Shown: positions 49,271-60,590, counted from the stretch's first letter. The stretch: 64,000 nt of DNA from an uncultured Solirubrobacterales bacterium (GCA_963831995.1 CAWHSI010000001.1:959637-1023636); one strand, 5' to 3'. The notes: generated by a model not told the origin, from the sequence alone. Program-made: numbers and translations.

Positions 49271-50755
49271 GTGCGGGAACTGGCTCGTTTGGCCGTTGAA
49301 GGTAAACGGCGCCTGCTGGACGCAGGCGGGCGCCGCGACCGAGTTGGAGGCGCTTTCCGGCGCGTTGACGATGTGGTATTCGATCAGCTGTTCGATGATG
49401 CTCTTCGTGATCGTGCCGAGTTCCGGCCCGCTCACCGAGGGCGCCGAGTTGGCGCAGGAGGAGCTGCTGAACACCTGCAGACCGCTTGAGAGCGTGCGGA
49501 AGGCGCCGGGTTGCGGGTAGGCGTTGCCGCGGTTGGTGCCGATCCGCTGCGGATATACCGACAGCCCTTCGGGGGCGAGCACGTTCATCACCTTCAGCTG
49601 ATGCTGCTGGGGGCCGCCGGGGATGTTCGTGTTGTGGCCGTGCGTCTGGCTGGAGGCGGCCGCGTTGGCGAACAGCCCCTGCAGCTCCGGCACGTACTCG
49701 CTGAGGTATTGGAAGAAGGGGTTGAAGTTGTGCAGCGCGGTGCTTGTCGCGCTGATCAGGGGAGTCGCCAGGTCGAAGATCTTCTTGGTCTCGGGCAGCC
49801 CCTTCTCGCCGGCCTTTGTGAACGGTCCGAGCGAGGTCAGCAGCGAGTTGAACGGGGGCGTGAACGGCTCCAGCGCTCTCAGCAGCGGAGTCAGCTGTTC
49901 CTCGGCCGGACGGAACTGTTCGAGGAACGGTTCGGTGTTGGTCGCAAAGGCGTCGACGCTGCGCAGCGCAGTTTGCGAATTGCGCTCGAAAGCGGGCGCC
50001 AGGCGGATGAATTCGGCCCACCCCTGGCTTCCTTCGGCGAGGGCGTGCGTTGCCCTCGCGCCGTTTTCGAGGAAGCCGCGGTATTGACCCTCACGCGCGG
50101 TCAGCGCGTCGAAGACGACGCCGGTGTTGTGGATCGAGGCTCGCAGCGCGCCTTCCTGCGAGGCGATGATCCCGACCAGCTTGTTGGAGTCTTCGATGAA
50201 TGGCTGCGTCTCGGCGAACCCGGCGTTGATCTGTTCGCCGCGACCGCCGACCCCTTCGGCCTGCGATTGCATCCATTGCTGGAAGGCAGCGCGCGTTTCG
50301 GGGTTGAAGGTGGAGAGGATGTCGTCGAGCGTCACCGACGGTTCGACCTGGGCGAGCGGCAGCTGCCCGTTGTCCGGCAGCGGCGCAGCCGGCACCTTCG
50401 GCGGCAACAATTGCACGTAGGTCTCCCCCAACAGCGTCTTTTCACGCAGCGTCGCCCGCGTGTTGGAGGGGATCGGCGCATATTTGCTGGCGAGTTCGAC
50501 CGTCGCGTGGGTGAGTCCGTCCTTGTTGTGTTCGAGGCTGATGACGTGGCCGACGTCGACGCCGCTGATGCGCACGTCGGATTGTTCGGCGAGCGCGAGC
50601 GTGCGCGCGAGCTCGATCGTGAAGCGGTAGCCCTTCGGCTTCAGCGGCACCGGGCCGCCGAAGGACTCCCACAGGAACAGCAGCAGCCCGAAGCAGCTGA
50701 GCGCGAACAGGACGATCACGAGGATGTTGGCAAGTGTGGGCGCGCGCTTTTGCAC
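49259..50755 (-). CDS. Mce/MlaD family protein (6th)
   Basis: TM anchor, LAEQSDVRISGVDVGHV, TLLGETYVQL, long helical module. Confidence 0.92.
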   Translation of the reverse strand: MQKRAPTLANILVIVLFALSCFGLLLFLWESFGGPVPLKPKGYRFTIELARTLALAEQSDVRISGVDVGHVISLEHNKDGLTHATVELASKYAPIPSNTRATLREKTLLGETYVQLLPPKVPAAPLPDNGQLPLAQVEPSVTLDDILSTFNPETRAAFQQWMQSQAEGVGGRGEQINAGFAETQPFIEDSNKLVGIIASQEGALRASIHNTGVVFDALTAREGQYRGFLENGARATHALAEGSQGWAEFIRLAPAFERNSQTALRSVDAFATNTEPFLEQFRPAEEQLTPLLRALEPFTPPFNSLLTSLGPFTKAGEKGLPETKKIFDLATPLISATSTALHNFNPFFQYLSEYVPELQGLFANAAASSQTHGHNTNIPGGPQQHQLKVMNVLAPEGLSVYPQRIGTNRGNAYPQPGAFRTLSSGLQVFSSSSCANSAPSVSGPELGTITKSIIEQLIEYHIVNAPESASNSVAAPACVQQAPFTFNGQTSQFPHVTP

Positions 50756-52260
50756 TAGCGGCCTCCCTCCGCCGCCGTTGCCAGACGCGCGAACGCGCTG
50801 TGCTTGGAGCCGAGCAGGTTCATCGTGAAGCCTTTCTTGGAGGCGACCCGAGCGCGCGCCGCGGCGGCCTTGGCGGCGCTTGCGCTGCCGCTGGCTGCAC
50901 CGGCGCCCAGGCCCAGCGCTTGGCATTCGGCGCCAGTCGGTGGGTTGAACAGGGCAACGAGCAGCTTCACGGTTGGGTTTATTTCCGACACGCCCTGCAG
51001 GATCGGCAGCACTTCACAGTTCAGATAGACAAGCGTGCGTCCGATCGGACCGTGGGCGTCGGCGGTGCTGAGGACGCTGTTGAGGTCGTGCGCGGCCCAG
51101 TCGAGGAAGAACAGGAAGCCGCCCTGCTTGGGGCCGGGGTTGTAGGCGAGCTCGTTGAACAGTTCGTTGAACACCGAGAAGCCGCTCTTCAGCTTCGGGA
51201 AGGCTTCGCCGAGTTCCTTGATCGACGGCCCAAGCTGCTGGAAGACGGGCGTCGCTTCGCGCGTGAATGGCCTGATCTCGCTCTTTATGATCGGGGTTGT
51301 TTCAAGGAAGGACTTGCGTGCCGCTTCCTGGGCGGGACCGAGCACCTTGGCGAACGGTTCGAGCGCGTGCAGCGTCGTGCCGGTCAGGCTGGCGGTCGTC
51401 GCGAGCTTGACGGCCGCTTTGTTGGCCTTGGACAGCGCACCGGGGAACAGCTGTAGGGTGCGCTGAACGTTCTGGTCCTGCTGAGCGAAGACCTGGAAGA
51501 CGGAGTTGGACGACTCGATCAGCTGTGCGAATTCGGTGTCCTTGTTGCCGAGGGCGCTGAGGATCAGCTGGAAGTTGTGGATGCCGCGTTCGATGTTCTG
51601 GTGGCGCAGGTGCAGTTCCTTGGTTATCTCCTCGGTCAGGCGCGAGATCGGATCGAAGCGCTTGAAGGTCGCCGAGAGGTTGGCGGAGTTGCCCTTCAGG
51701 CCGATGCCGGCGCCGTCGATCAGCTCCTGCAGGTATTCACGCGTTTCCGCATCCAGCGAGGAGAGGAATTCCTCGAAGTTGACGTCCGGCGCGGTCTGGG
51801 AGAGCGGGACGGTGTAGCCGTTGGGCACCCGCCCGGAGCGCGGCGTGCCGGGGTTGACCTCGACCGTCATGTCCTTCAGCTGTGTCTTGGGACGCAGCAG
51901 CATCGTTGCGTCGCGGTAGATGTAGGCGGCGTACTTGGGCGTGATGTTCATCGTCACGAGCGCGTCGCCTTCGTGCAGGTCGACGCTGGCGATTTCGCCG
52001 ATCTTGGCGCCCGCGATCGTGACCGCCTGCCCCTGACCCGGGGTGATCGCCTGTCCGGTTTGGAAGTCGCCCTTCAGCGTGAAGTAGCTCTTGCCGACCA
52101 CGGGCACCCAGCCGGGCAGCGAGAGGCGCTCGTGGGAGAGGATGTAGCCGCCCACGAACAGGGCGATCAGGATCATCGCCACGATCGAGACGAAGGCGGT
52201 GCGGTAGCGCTCGATTTGATCGACAAGGCCGCGCTCGCCGTGATGTGTCTCGCCGGTCAC
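50755..52260 (-). CDS. Mce/MlaD family protein (5th)
   Basis: TM anchor, GQAVTIAGAKIGEI, LRPKTQLKDMTVEVNPG. Confidence 0.92.
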   Translation of the reverse strand: MTGETHHGERGLVDQIERYRTAFVSIVAMILIALFVGGYILSHERLSLPGWVPVVGKSYFTLKGDFQTGQAITPGQGQAVTIAGAKIGEIASVDLHEGDALVTMNITPKYAAYIYRDATMLLRPKTQLKDMTVEVNPGTPRSGRVPNGYTVPLSQTAPDVNFEEFLSSLDAETREYLQELIDGAGIGLKGNSANLSATFKRFDPISRLTEEITKELHLRHQNIERGIHNFQLILSALGNKDTEFAQLIESSNSVFQVFAQQDQNVQRTLQLFPGALSKANKAAVKLATTASLTGTTLHALEPFAKVLGPAQEAARKSFLETTPIIKSEIRPFTREATPVFQQLGPSIKELGEAFPKLKSGFSVFNELFNELAYNPGPKQGGFLFFLDWAAHDLNSVLSTADAHGPIGRTLVYLNCEVLPILQGVSEINPTVKLLVALFNPPTGAECQALGLGAGAASGSASAAKAAAARARVASKKGFTMNLLGSKHSAFARLATAAEGGR

Positions 52261-53765
52261 GATCCGCTCCCGTCGGCTGGGCCTTCGGAGAGCGGGCCGT
52301 TGAAGTTGGGGACAGCCTGCGTGTAGCAGGGCACGAGCGGCTTGTAGGGCGGCTCGGTGGCGGGGAACGCGGGACGTGTGCCCAGCGGCGGCTCGGAGGT
52401 GTGGGCGAGCACGGGCAGGTTGCCTGCTTTGGCGGGCACGCCGACGGCGCTCGCCGGCGCCGACTTGAGCGTTTGGCTGCCGGTGCTGATCATGAAGCGG
52501 GTGAGCGGACCGTTGCCGTCGAAGGTCTGTCCGGCGCCGGCGAGACCGACCATCGCATACCAGAATTCCTTGTAGCTTTCGACACCGGAGGTGCTCGATC
52601 CGTCTTGCAGCTTGACGTTGCCGGCCGGGAAGAATACGTTGCTCAGGCACTTGGCGAACAGATCGCCTTCTTTGAGGAACGCCGGCGTCGGCACGACCAG
52701 GCTCGCGAGCGTCGGAGCGGCGGCCTTCAGGCCCTTGGCGAATCCGCCGAGTTCTTCCGGTCCGAGCAGCGCCTTGACCTGCGCGATCCACGGGAAGGCG
52801 GCGGCGATCGTCGGTCCGGTCTGTTCGGTGCTGTGCGCCAGCTCGAGCGAGAATTTCCTGATCGTCGGCGCGGCGGTGTTGAAGTTGGTGAACGCGCGCG
52901 CGCCGTTGTGCAGCGCTCCCGGCAGCTGGGCTACGGTTGCGCTCAGGCTCCTGGACTGGGCGGCGAGAGAGCCGAGGAACGTGTTGAAGTTGCCGATCAG
53001 TTCGCCGAGCTGCTGTTCGTGTACGTTGAGCTTGGAGCTGAATTTTTCGGTGCCGGCGATCAGTTTGGAGAGGTCGTGTTCTTCGACGCCGCCGAGCGCC
53101 TGGGTGGCGATCGCCCCGTTCTTCAGTGCTTGCGGACTGTCGATGTAGAGCTTTTTGAGCGCCTGGGCGGCGTTCAGGTTGCGCACCACCGGGTTCTGTT
53201 CGGCGTTCTCCGCGGCGGTCGGCTCGCGCGTCAGCGCCGATCCGAATTCGATCAGCAGCGTCTGCAGGTTGGCGCGCGTGTCGGTGGTGAGCGCGTCGAG
53301 CACCTGGTCGAGCTGGACCGGATCTGAGGTTTGACTGACGGGGATCGTGGCACCGGAGGAGAGCGTGGGCGCCGAGGGCGTGCCCGGCTGCAGTTCGACG
53401 AACCAGTTGCCTTCGAGCAGGATGCGCGCACGGATCTTCAACGTGGCGTCGGCATGGATGGGCAGACCGTCTTTGGAGATTTCCATGCTCACAACCCCGG
53501 TATCGCCGACGCGCTTGACCGAGCTGACGGTGCCGACGTCGACGCCGGCGATGCGCACGGGCGATTTGGGAGCGATGTTGACGGCCGTGTTGAACGCGGC
53601 GTTGAGGCGGAAGCCGTGCTCGCCGGGGATGCGCTTGGTGAAGCCGAAGTAGACGACGATCGCCGTGAGCAGGATCACGACGAGCCCGAAGCGCACCGGG
53701 TTTGACTTCTGCAGCTCGACGACGGGCAGCTCGTCGTAGCGTTTCCACCAGCGCACGCGACTCAT
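52257..53765 (-). CDS. Mce/MlaD family protein (4th)
   Basis: TM anchor, SPVRIAGVDVGTV, RILLEGNWFVELQPG. Confidence 0.92.
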   Translation of the reverse strand: MSRVRWWKRYDELPVVELQKSNPVRFGLVVILLTAIVVYFGFTKRIPGEHGFRLNAAFNTAVNIAPKSPVRIAGVDVGTVSSVKRVGDTGVVSMEISKDGLPIHADATLKIRARILLEGNWFVELQPGTPSAPTLSSGATIPVSQTSDPVQLDQVLDALTTDTRANLQTLLIEFGSALTREPTAAENAEQNPVVRNLNAAQALKKLYIDSPQALKNGAIATQALGGVEEHDLSKLIAGTEKFSSKLNVHEQQLGELIGNFNTFLGSLAAQSRSLSATVAQLPGALHNGARAFTNFNTAAPTIRKFSLELAHSTEQTGPTIAAAFPWIAQVKALLGPEELGGFAKGLKAAAPTLASLVVPTPAFLKEGDLFAKCLSNVFFPAGNVKLQDGSSTSGVESYKEFWYAMVGLAGAGQTFDGNGPLTRFMISTGSQTLKSAPASAVGVPAKAGNLPVLAHTSEPPLGTRPAFPATEPPYKPLVPCYTQAVPNFNGPLSEGPADGSGS

Positions 53766-55274
53766 TTCCGGCTCGCTTTCGAGCGCTTCAGGCCGAGCGC
53801 TTCGAGCACCTGCGGCGGGTACTTTTCGCCGTAGAGGTTTTCTTCGCGCGTGGTTTTTTCGGTGGAGTCCGTCCCCACGCCGCCGGGCACGTTGCCGATC
53901 GTGGTCTTGCCCTCGGTGTAGGGCTCGTTGCCGGCTTCGCACTCAAGCGGCTGACCGGGTCCGCCGACGACTGGATAGGGGTTGAAGTGCAGGTGGTTGT
54001 TTTCGACCTGAGGGCCGCTGTGGATCACGGAGGGGCCGTTCGCCGGCGCCGAGGAGGGCAGGCCCTCGCTGTTGGGTCCGTTCGGCGCGAGGATCGGTGT
54101 GGCTCGCGCGACGGTGCCGACGCCGATGCTCTGCGAGAGCACGCTTGCGATGTTGCGGAAGGTGAGCGTCACGTAGTTGCAGTTGGTCTGGGCCGGAGCG
54201 AGCCCCGCGAACAGCGGGTTGCCGAGGCTGAGCGTGTGCGTCAGGTCTTCGATGCCGGTGATCACGATCGGGTTCTTGGCGAACGCGGCGAACGCCTTGG
54301 AGGCTTCCTCGACGTCGCCGTTCAGAGCGGTGGCGGAGCGCACGTTCGCCGCGCCGACTTCGAAGGCGTGTCCGAGCGGCGCGGCGACGGTGCTCAGGAT
54401 CTTCGCACTCGGTCGGAACAGGCGCATGAACTCGGTGGCTTTTTCGATGAACGGGGCCTCGGATGGGAGCGAGTGGGTTGCCTGGCGCAGCGCCGGGGGC
54501 GCACCCTTTATCGCCTCTTCCAGCGATGGCGCGACGCTCGCGAAGGCCGTGAAGAAGGTGTCGAGGTTGTTATACAGTTCCGCCTGGTCCTGCCCGGCCG
54601 GCGCCGTTTCCCTGGCGGCGCGGTCGAAGGCTACCCACAGCTGACCGAAGCCGGTTTGCGGCGAGGCGAGATTGTGCAGCACGGGGATCGCGTTGGTGAC
54701 CAGCGGACGCAGCGCCACAATCGTTTCGTTGATGCCGATGCCGCGCCCGGCGAGGCCGTTGCCGAAGGCGGTGAAATTGACCTGGCTGGCGTTGCGGGTC
54801 TTTTTGTCGAACATGTTCAAAGAGCTGTGAGATTTCGACCGGTTCGGTGGTTTGCGATACGGGGATCGTGGCGCCTTCTTTGAGCATCCGCGAGGAGTGG
54901 CCCTTTATGAGCGACAGGTACTTCAGCCCCACGGCGGAGACCGATTGCACGATCGCGTGGGTATCGACCGGCAGCGGACCGACGTTCTTTTCGAGTTTCA
55001 TCCCGATGATCGCGGTGACGCGCCCGGTCTTGGGGTCTTCGTAGGGGCGCAGGGAGCTGACCAGACCGACGAGCGTGCCTCCGATCCGGACCTGGTTGCC
55101 CTTCTGCAGGCCCGAGGCCTCGGGGAGCTGCACGTTGATGTTGTAGGTGGGTGTGAACGGCAGACCGTTGTTGGCGTTGTAGGAGAGGAATACGGCGACG
55201 ATCACGATCAGGGTCGTGACGGCGCCGATCAGCAGCGGGCTGCCGGCCAGGGAGTTTGAGCGACGCCGGTTCAT
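53762..55274 (-). CDS. Mce/MlaD family protein (3rd), frameshift near 54820
   Basis: MCE domain in ORF 54570..55274 (GLQKGNQVRIGG, VGLKYLSL) continues as NMFDKKTR... in ORF 53762..54820. Confidence 0.88.
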
Positions 55275-56686
55275 CAGGGCGTCTCCGTCGGGTCGCAGCC
55301 AAGTGTGCCGTTGTCGGTGAACGGCGAGGAGCCGTCGGCCGCCGGTTGCGTGCCGGCGCCGGGGCAGCGACGCAGCTGGCCGGTCTTCAAACCCTGCAGG
55401 ACCTGTGCCGGGTTGGCGGGTTTGAGCGTGTTGTTGGAGCCGAGTTCGAAGTCGGGGAACATCCCGATGGCGCGCGCGTAGTGGCCGTTGGCGTCGTAGT
55501 AGCCGGTGGCCTGACCGAAGTCGCGTACCAGCCCCTGGAAGTCGGGGCTGTAGGGGCCGAACAGCGCGGTTACCGGCAGCGATTCTTCGGCCGCACGCAC
55601 CCCGTCCGGCGAGGCCGTGGTCAGCGCCTGCGCGACTCCCGGCAGCGCCAGCGCGACTTCGGTGAGGTCGTTGCTCGAGCCGGGCTTGCTGATTGCTTCG
55701 CCGAGCTCGGTCACAACCGGCGTGGCGCCGTTGACGAGAGAGTGGAGTTCGCCGAAGAACGGCGCCAGCTGCTTTGTGTTCGTCTTGGCGACGTCGACCA
55801 GCTTGGTGAGATCGGCGAGCGTGCTCGGCAGTTCTTCGAAGGTGCGGTTGCCCGACTTGAAGAAGCCGGGCAGCGCCTTCAGGCCGGAGGCGAGGTTGGT
55901 CTGCTGGGAGGCGAGCGCGCCGAAGGCTGTGTCGGCATGGCTTATGAGTTCGGTCAGCTGCCCGCTGCGGTCGGCGAGCGTGGTGGTTGCCTTGGCCGTT
56001 TGGATCAGGAAGTTGGCGAACGTCGGCTGTTCGCGTCCCAGCTCGGCGATCACGTGATCGAGCGCGGCCAGCGCGGGCGGGAAGTAGAGCGTGTCCTGCT
56101 GCAGCGAGGGACCGGTGCCGGAGTACTGTTCGGCGAAGCCCTTGATCAGCTGCTGCAGGCCCGTGCGGGTGTCGGCGTTGAAGATCCGGAAGAACTGGTC
56201 GAGGTCGGTCACGCTGTGGCTGGCGGTGACTGGCACGGTGGCGCCGGCGGGCAGTGCGGGACGGTTGTTGGGGCCGGGAAACAGCGCGATGTAGCGGTTG
56301 GCGACGCTTGACAGCGAGGGAACCCTGATTTCGCTGGTGGTGCCCTCGTGCAACGGCACCAGCGAGGAGTCCACGTGGACCGTGATGCGCACCCGGTAGT
56401 TGTGCAGCAATACGATGTTCTTGACCGAGCCGACCGGCACCCCGCCCACCTGCACCTGATCGCCGCGTACGAGTCCGTACGCTTCGGGGTAGATCAGCTG
56501 GTATGTGGCGCCTCCGCTGCCTCCGAGCACGAGCACCAGCAGGATCACGACGACGGCGGCAAGCGCCCCGACCGCCGCGAGGCGCGTCGTGTTGAAACGG
56601 CGCGGCGAGGGTGCCGGCGACGGCGGCTGCGAAGCGGGGGGCGGCGGCGGAGCCGCCGGTGGACGCGGGGGAACGGTCGTGGCCAT
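55274..56686 (-). CDS. Mce/MlaD family protein (2nd)
   Basis: Pro-rich N-terminus, TM, GLVRGDQVQVGGVPVGSV, SLSSVANRYIALFPG. Confidence 0.92.
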   Translation of the reverse strand: MATTVPPRPPAAPPPPPASQPPSPAPSPRRFNTTRLAAVGALAAVVVILLVLVLGGSGGATYQLIYPEAYGLVRGDQVQVGGVPVGSVKNIVLLHNYRVRITVHVDSSLVPLHEGTTSEIRVPSLSSVANRYIALFPGPNNRPALPAGATVPVTASHSVTDLDQFFRIFNADTRTGLQQLIKGFAEQYSGTGPSLQQDTLYFPPALAALDHVIAELGREQPTFANFLIQTAKATTTLADRSGQLTELISHADTAFGALASQQTNLASGLKALPGFFKSGNRTFEELPSTLADLTKLVDVAKTNTKQLAPFFGELHSLVNGATPVVTELGEAISKPGSSNDLTEVALALPGVAQALTTASPDGVRAAEESLPVTALFGPYSPDFQGLVRDFGQATGYYDANGHYARAIGMFPDFELGSNNTLKPANPAQVLQGLKTGQLRRCPGAGTQPAADGSSPFTDNGTLGCDPTETP

Positions 56687-56690
56687 CGCG

Positions 56691-58827
56691 CTAGTTGCCT
56701 TCCGCTCCGGTCGCGGCCCCGGCGCCGGCGCCGGCGCCGGCGCCGGCGCCGGGGTCGGGGATCGCCGCCGAGGAGGGCTTGGAGCTGACGGTCGGATCGG
56801 GGACCTCGCCAAGGCGCGCGACGAGCGCGAGCCACTGCGCCGGTGAGAGTCCGGCGCTTGCAACCGACGCGACGCGCGCCGCACCCTCGCCGCCGGAGGG
56901 GGTGTAGGCGATGTGGATCAAGCCTGTCGTAGCCCGGCAGCGAGGCGCTGGCGGGCAGGCCGGGAAGCGGGGTCGAGCTGACGACTTCAAGCGGCTTCAT
57001 CGCACCCTGAAGGTGGCGGAGCTTTCCGATCGCGCCACGAATCGAGGCCGATTCGCCGCCGGCGAGCACCGGGACGCCGTTGACCGCCGATATGTCGACC
57101 TCGGCGCTCACGGCTCCCGGGGAGGAGACTCCGACGCCGGCCGTGGAGGCGCGCGGGCAGCTACGTCGGGAGACGGTCGGGTCCAGGCCGGATGCCGAGA
57201 GGAAGGCAAGCGCCGCGAGCACGCGCCGGTCCACCTGGCCGTCCTCGATCAGCCGTCGCTCGCAGGAGGCGAGCCTGACATCGCGGTCGCGCGGAAGCTG
57301 CTGCTGCAGCTGCGCTTGGGACTCGAGCAGCGCCTGGCCGGGAGTGGGCGAGATCTTCGCGAACGGGTCGCTGCCCTTGGGCCTCAGCACGGATGAGCTC
57401 TGCAGCTTCACCCAGCTGTCGAGAATCGGCTTGGGGTCGATCGACGGCGCGCCGATGCCGGCGGGTCGGATTTGAAAGACGATGTGCGGTTCGGCGCCCG
57501 GACCGACGTGTCCGAGCACGGTGCCCGCGATCACCTGCGCGCCGACCCGCAGCGGATGCAGGTAGACATTCTCAGAGCCCGCTCTGAACATGCTGGTGGC
57601 TCCCCGCGCCGCCCGGCTCGGTGCGCTCACGCCGAAGGCGACATCCGAGGCGTGGGCGCGCGAGCCGCTCCCGCCAACCGCTTCGAGCACCGGGTAGAGG
57701 GTCGCGAGCTCTCCCAGCTCGGAGTAGGTGTAGGTGTTGCCGTAGGCGTCCACGAGCGAGATGCTCGGGCCGAGCGGACCGTTGCGCTGGATGCTCGCGA
57801 TGCGACCGTCCTGAGCGGCGATCACCGGAGCATCGGCCTGCGAGTAGATCGTGGTGGCCGCGATCGTATGGGGGGATGGCGCTTCGACGGTGGGAAAGAC
57901 GTCGCTGTAGTGCGAGGCCGCGTACACGGGGAAGCGCCCTTCGGTCAGACCGGTGAGCGCTCCGAGCAGCTGTGGCGGGGTGCCGCCGAGCAGCTGCGCG
58001 CGCAACATGACCGAGTTGACGTACGCCTGCGAGTGGTTGTAGGAGAACACCGCGGCGCGGATATTGCCCTCGCCACCCGCGGCCTTCAGGTAGCGCGCGG
58101 CGGCGAAGATCGCGTCGGCGGGGTTGTAGGGGTCCTCGAAGCCGCTGTCGTTGACATCGACGCCGTACCGGCTCCACTCGCTGGGCAGAAACTGCATCCA
58201 GCCCTCGGCGCCTGCGCTTGAGACGTTCAGGTCGCGCCCATAGTCGGTCTCGACTTCGTTGATCGCGGCCAGCACCTGCCACGGGATGCCGTAGGCCGCT
58301 CCGGCCGCCTGGTAGATCGGCAGCAGGAACGGCGGGATGCTGAAGCTGTCGATGAAGAAGCTCGGCACGCCCGAGAGCGAGGAGACGCTCAGCGTCGCCG
58401 GCAGCGGCGGGGTGATCGCCGACGGCGATACCGCCTTGGCGCCCGTCGGCGCCGCCTGCGGGCCGGGGACCGCGGGACTCGCGTGCGCCGGCACGACGGT
58501 GCGCGGTTGGGAGCGCTGCTTGCGGACTTCGGGCAGCGGGGGAGGCGGCACGGTCGTCGTGGTGGGCTCGGTCGTCGTGGCGGTCGGGGCGGGGGTTGGG
58601 TTTGGATTTGGGGTCGTACTCGCGGTCGTTGACTGCGGGGCCGGTTCTGACGGGGCGGTTTCGACCGGGGGCGCCGGCACGGTCGTGGTACCGGTCGTGC
58701 CGCTTTCCGCCGCCGCCGGTTCGGCGCTGGCACTGCTTGCGCTGGCACTGGGCACGACCGCGAAGCTCAGCGCGAGCAGTGCCGCCGGCAGCGGAGAAAG
58801 CACGGTTGCGAGGAGTCGTCGGGTCAT
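56691..58827 (-). CDS. secreted lytic transglycosylase plus degenerate M23-like domain protein, frameshift near 56925
   Basis: Signal peptide, Pro/Thr linker, WQVLAAINEVETDYG, SSAGAEGWMQF, AARYL, YNHSQAYV; M23-like APVIAAQDG...G.VLGHVG...PHIVFQIRP. C-terminus continues in ORF 56691..56990. Confidence 0.88.
56719..56752. repeat. (CCGGCG)n hexamer run encoding GAGAGAGAGA
   Basis: More than five perfect copies. Confidence 0.85.
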
Positions 58828-58832
58828 GGCTG

Positions 58833-60350
58833 TCAGTTGCCGAGCAGATAGTTGAGGAGCATGCCGCCGGCCTGCGAGCTTTCTTCGCCGGGCGTGTAGT
58901 AGGTGGTACCGGCCGCCGCGCCGCCGACGGGCTGGGCGCTCGATGTCGACGTCGAGGTGATCGGCTCGTTGTCCGCGGCGCCGGTTTCGCCGGCGATCGA
59001 GCCCGGGTAGCGCGCGATTGCCTGCGCCGGGGTCATGCCTTTCAGTACGGCGAGCGTGCGCTGCATGACGAGGCCGCGGTGGAGCCTGCGCTGGCGGCCG
59101 ACGCCGTGGCGCTGCTTTTGATGAATTTCCCGGTCGAGCAGCCGGGCGCGACCGTGACGGAGTAGGTGAGACAGCCGCCCGCCACGATTTCCGCGCGCAG
59201 GAAGTGCCCGAGCGCGTCGTAGCCGTTCTCGTCGCCCGCGCCGAGGTAGATGAAGTCGAGCAGACGCTCCAGGCCGCCGGTGGAGCGCAGGCTCGTAAAC
59301 AGCCCCGAGAAGTTGGTGGCGAACGGGTTGGCTTCCTTGCCGAGCGCCTTGGCGAGCGGCAGCAGCGGCTCGACTGCCTTCAGCGCCGGCCCGGTCGCTC
59401 TGCCGGTGCTGCCGAACGACTTGAAGAAGGCGCTTGTGGCACTGGAGAAGGGACCGACGTTCTCGAACAGCTTGTTGATGCCCGGCGCCGCGATGCCAAA
59501 GTCGCGAAGCGTTGGAGTCGTCTGTTCGGCGAAGCGCTGGAGCCGTTCTACGGCGGGCCCGAGCTGTTCCAGGAAGGCGGGGAAGTCGGCGAGGTTCTGA
59601 GCGAACGCGGCGCGCTGGTTGGCCACCGCGCGAGCGACGGTGTTGCTCTGGTTGATGAAGCCTATGAGATGCTGGCGGTCGGCGGCCAGCGGCGCTACGG
59701 CGCGGTCGCCTTCTTCGGCGAGGTTGGTCAGCACCTTGTTCTCGCTGGCGAGAATCGAGAGCACCTTTTCGAGTTCCTGCAGTGCGGGGTTGGCCCGGCG
59801 GATGATTTCGTTGAGGTCCGGGCCGCGCCCGGCCAGACCGGCGCCGAACTCGTTGAGGATGATCGTGAAGCGCTGGCGCTCGGGCAGGCGCGTGATATCG
59901 CCGAGCAGGTCCACTTCGACCGGGCTGTGGGTTTTGGTCACGGGCAGCAGCACCTGCCCGGCGCCTTCCTGTCCGGCGGGGATCGTTTTCAAGAACGGCG
60001 GCGGTGGCGTGCCTTCCACGCGTGGCTGCGTCGGCAGGCAGTCGACGTACTTCTCGCCGATCAGCGCCTGCGGGCGGATTTCGCAGCTCGCGTCGGTGCG
60101 GAAGTTCTGGAAGCTCGGGTCGGTGATGTTCAGCACGACCGCCGCCTGCGCGTGGGGCGTGGGCGTGACCGATCCGACGGTGCCGACGTCCACCCCGTCG
60201 ACCTTGACGTTCTCGCCGCTGGTCAGGTTGTTGGCGTCGTCGAAGATCGCGCGGATCGTGTAGGTCGCCGCTCGATCCGCCCGCGGCGGTCGCAAGCAGC
60301 ACGATTGCCACGAGCGCGATCGCGCCGCCGGCAACCGCCGCCACGGCCAT
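58833..60350 (-). CDS. Mce/MlaD family protein (1st), two compensating frameshifts (about 60268 and 59080)
   Basis: AGGAGG RBS and MAVAAVAGG TM in one frame; MCE domain (LTSGENVKVDGVDVG, QALIGEKYVDC) in ORF 59042..60334; tail LLNYLLGN back in the first frame. Confidence 0.85.
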   Translation of the reverse strand: MAVAAVAGGAIALVAIVLLATAAGGSSGDLHDPRDLRRRQQPDQRRERQGRRGGRRHRRIGHAHAPRAGGGRAEHHRPELPELPHRRELRNPPAGADRREVRRLPADAATRGRHATAAVLENDPRRTGRRRAGAAARDQNPQPGRSGPARRYHAPARAPALHDHPQRVRRRSGRARPGPQRNHPPGQPRTAGTRKGALDSRQREQGADQPRRRRRPRRSAAGRRPPASHRLHQPEQHRRSRGGQPARRVRSEPRRLPRLPGTARARRRTAPALRRTDDSNASRLWHRGAGHQQAVRERRSLLQCHKRLLQVVRQHRQSDRAGAEGSRAAAAARQGARQGSQPVRHQLLGAVYEPALHRRPGASARLHLPRRGRRERLRRARALPARGNRGGRLSHLLRHGRARLLDREIHQKQRHGVGRQRRLHRGLVMQRTLAVLKGMTPAQAIARYPGSIAGETGAADNEPITSTSTSSAQPVGGAAAGTTYYTPGEESSQAGGMLLNYLLGN

Positions 60351-60590
60351 ACCCCTCCTGAACCCCTGGTTCTTCGTCCTCAACCCGACCCTACCTCTGT
60401 GTTCGATAACGAGTACAGGGCGGCTCATCCTATGGGCCGCTCCCGCTCGCTGCAGCCCGGTGTCGGCAACGCCACCGCGCGGCGCGCCGATCACCGATCT
60501 GTTTCAGTCGATTTCGTCTAAGTCCTGCCGGTGGCCGCTCTCGTCGAGAGCGGCCGCCGCGATGCACATGCGGCTACCTCCGTGGGAAAC

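Noticed and set aside
50755-53748. 997-aa ORF as one fused Mce protein
   Set aside because: The first half is an off-frame shadow of mce4; the real gene starts at GTG 52260, coupled to the mce4 stop.
54810-54830. Programmed ribosomal frameshift in mce3
   Set aside because: No X XXY YYZ slippery site at the frame junction; similar indels elsewhere suggest sequence error.
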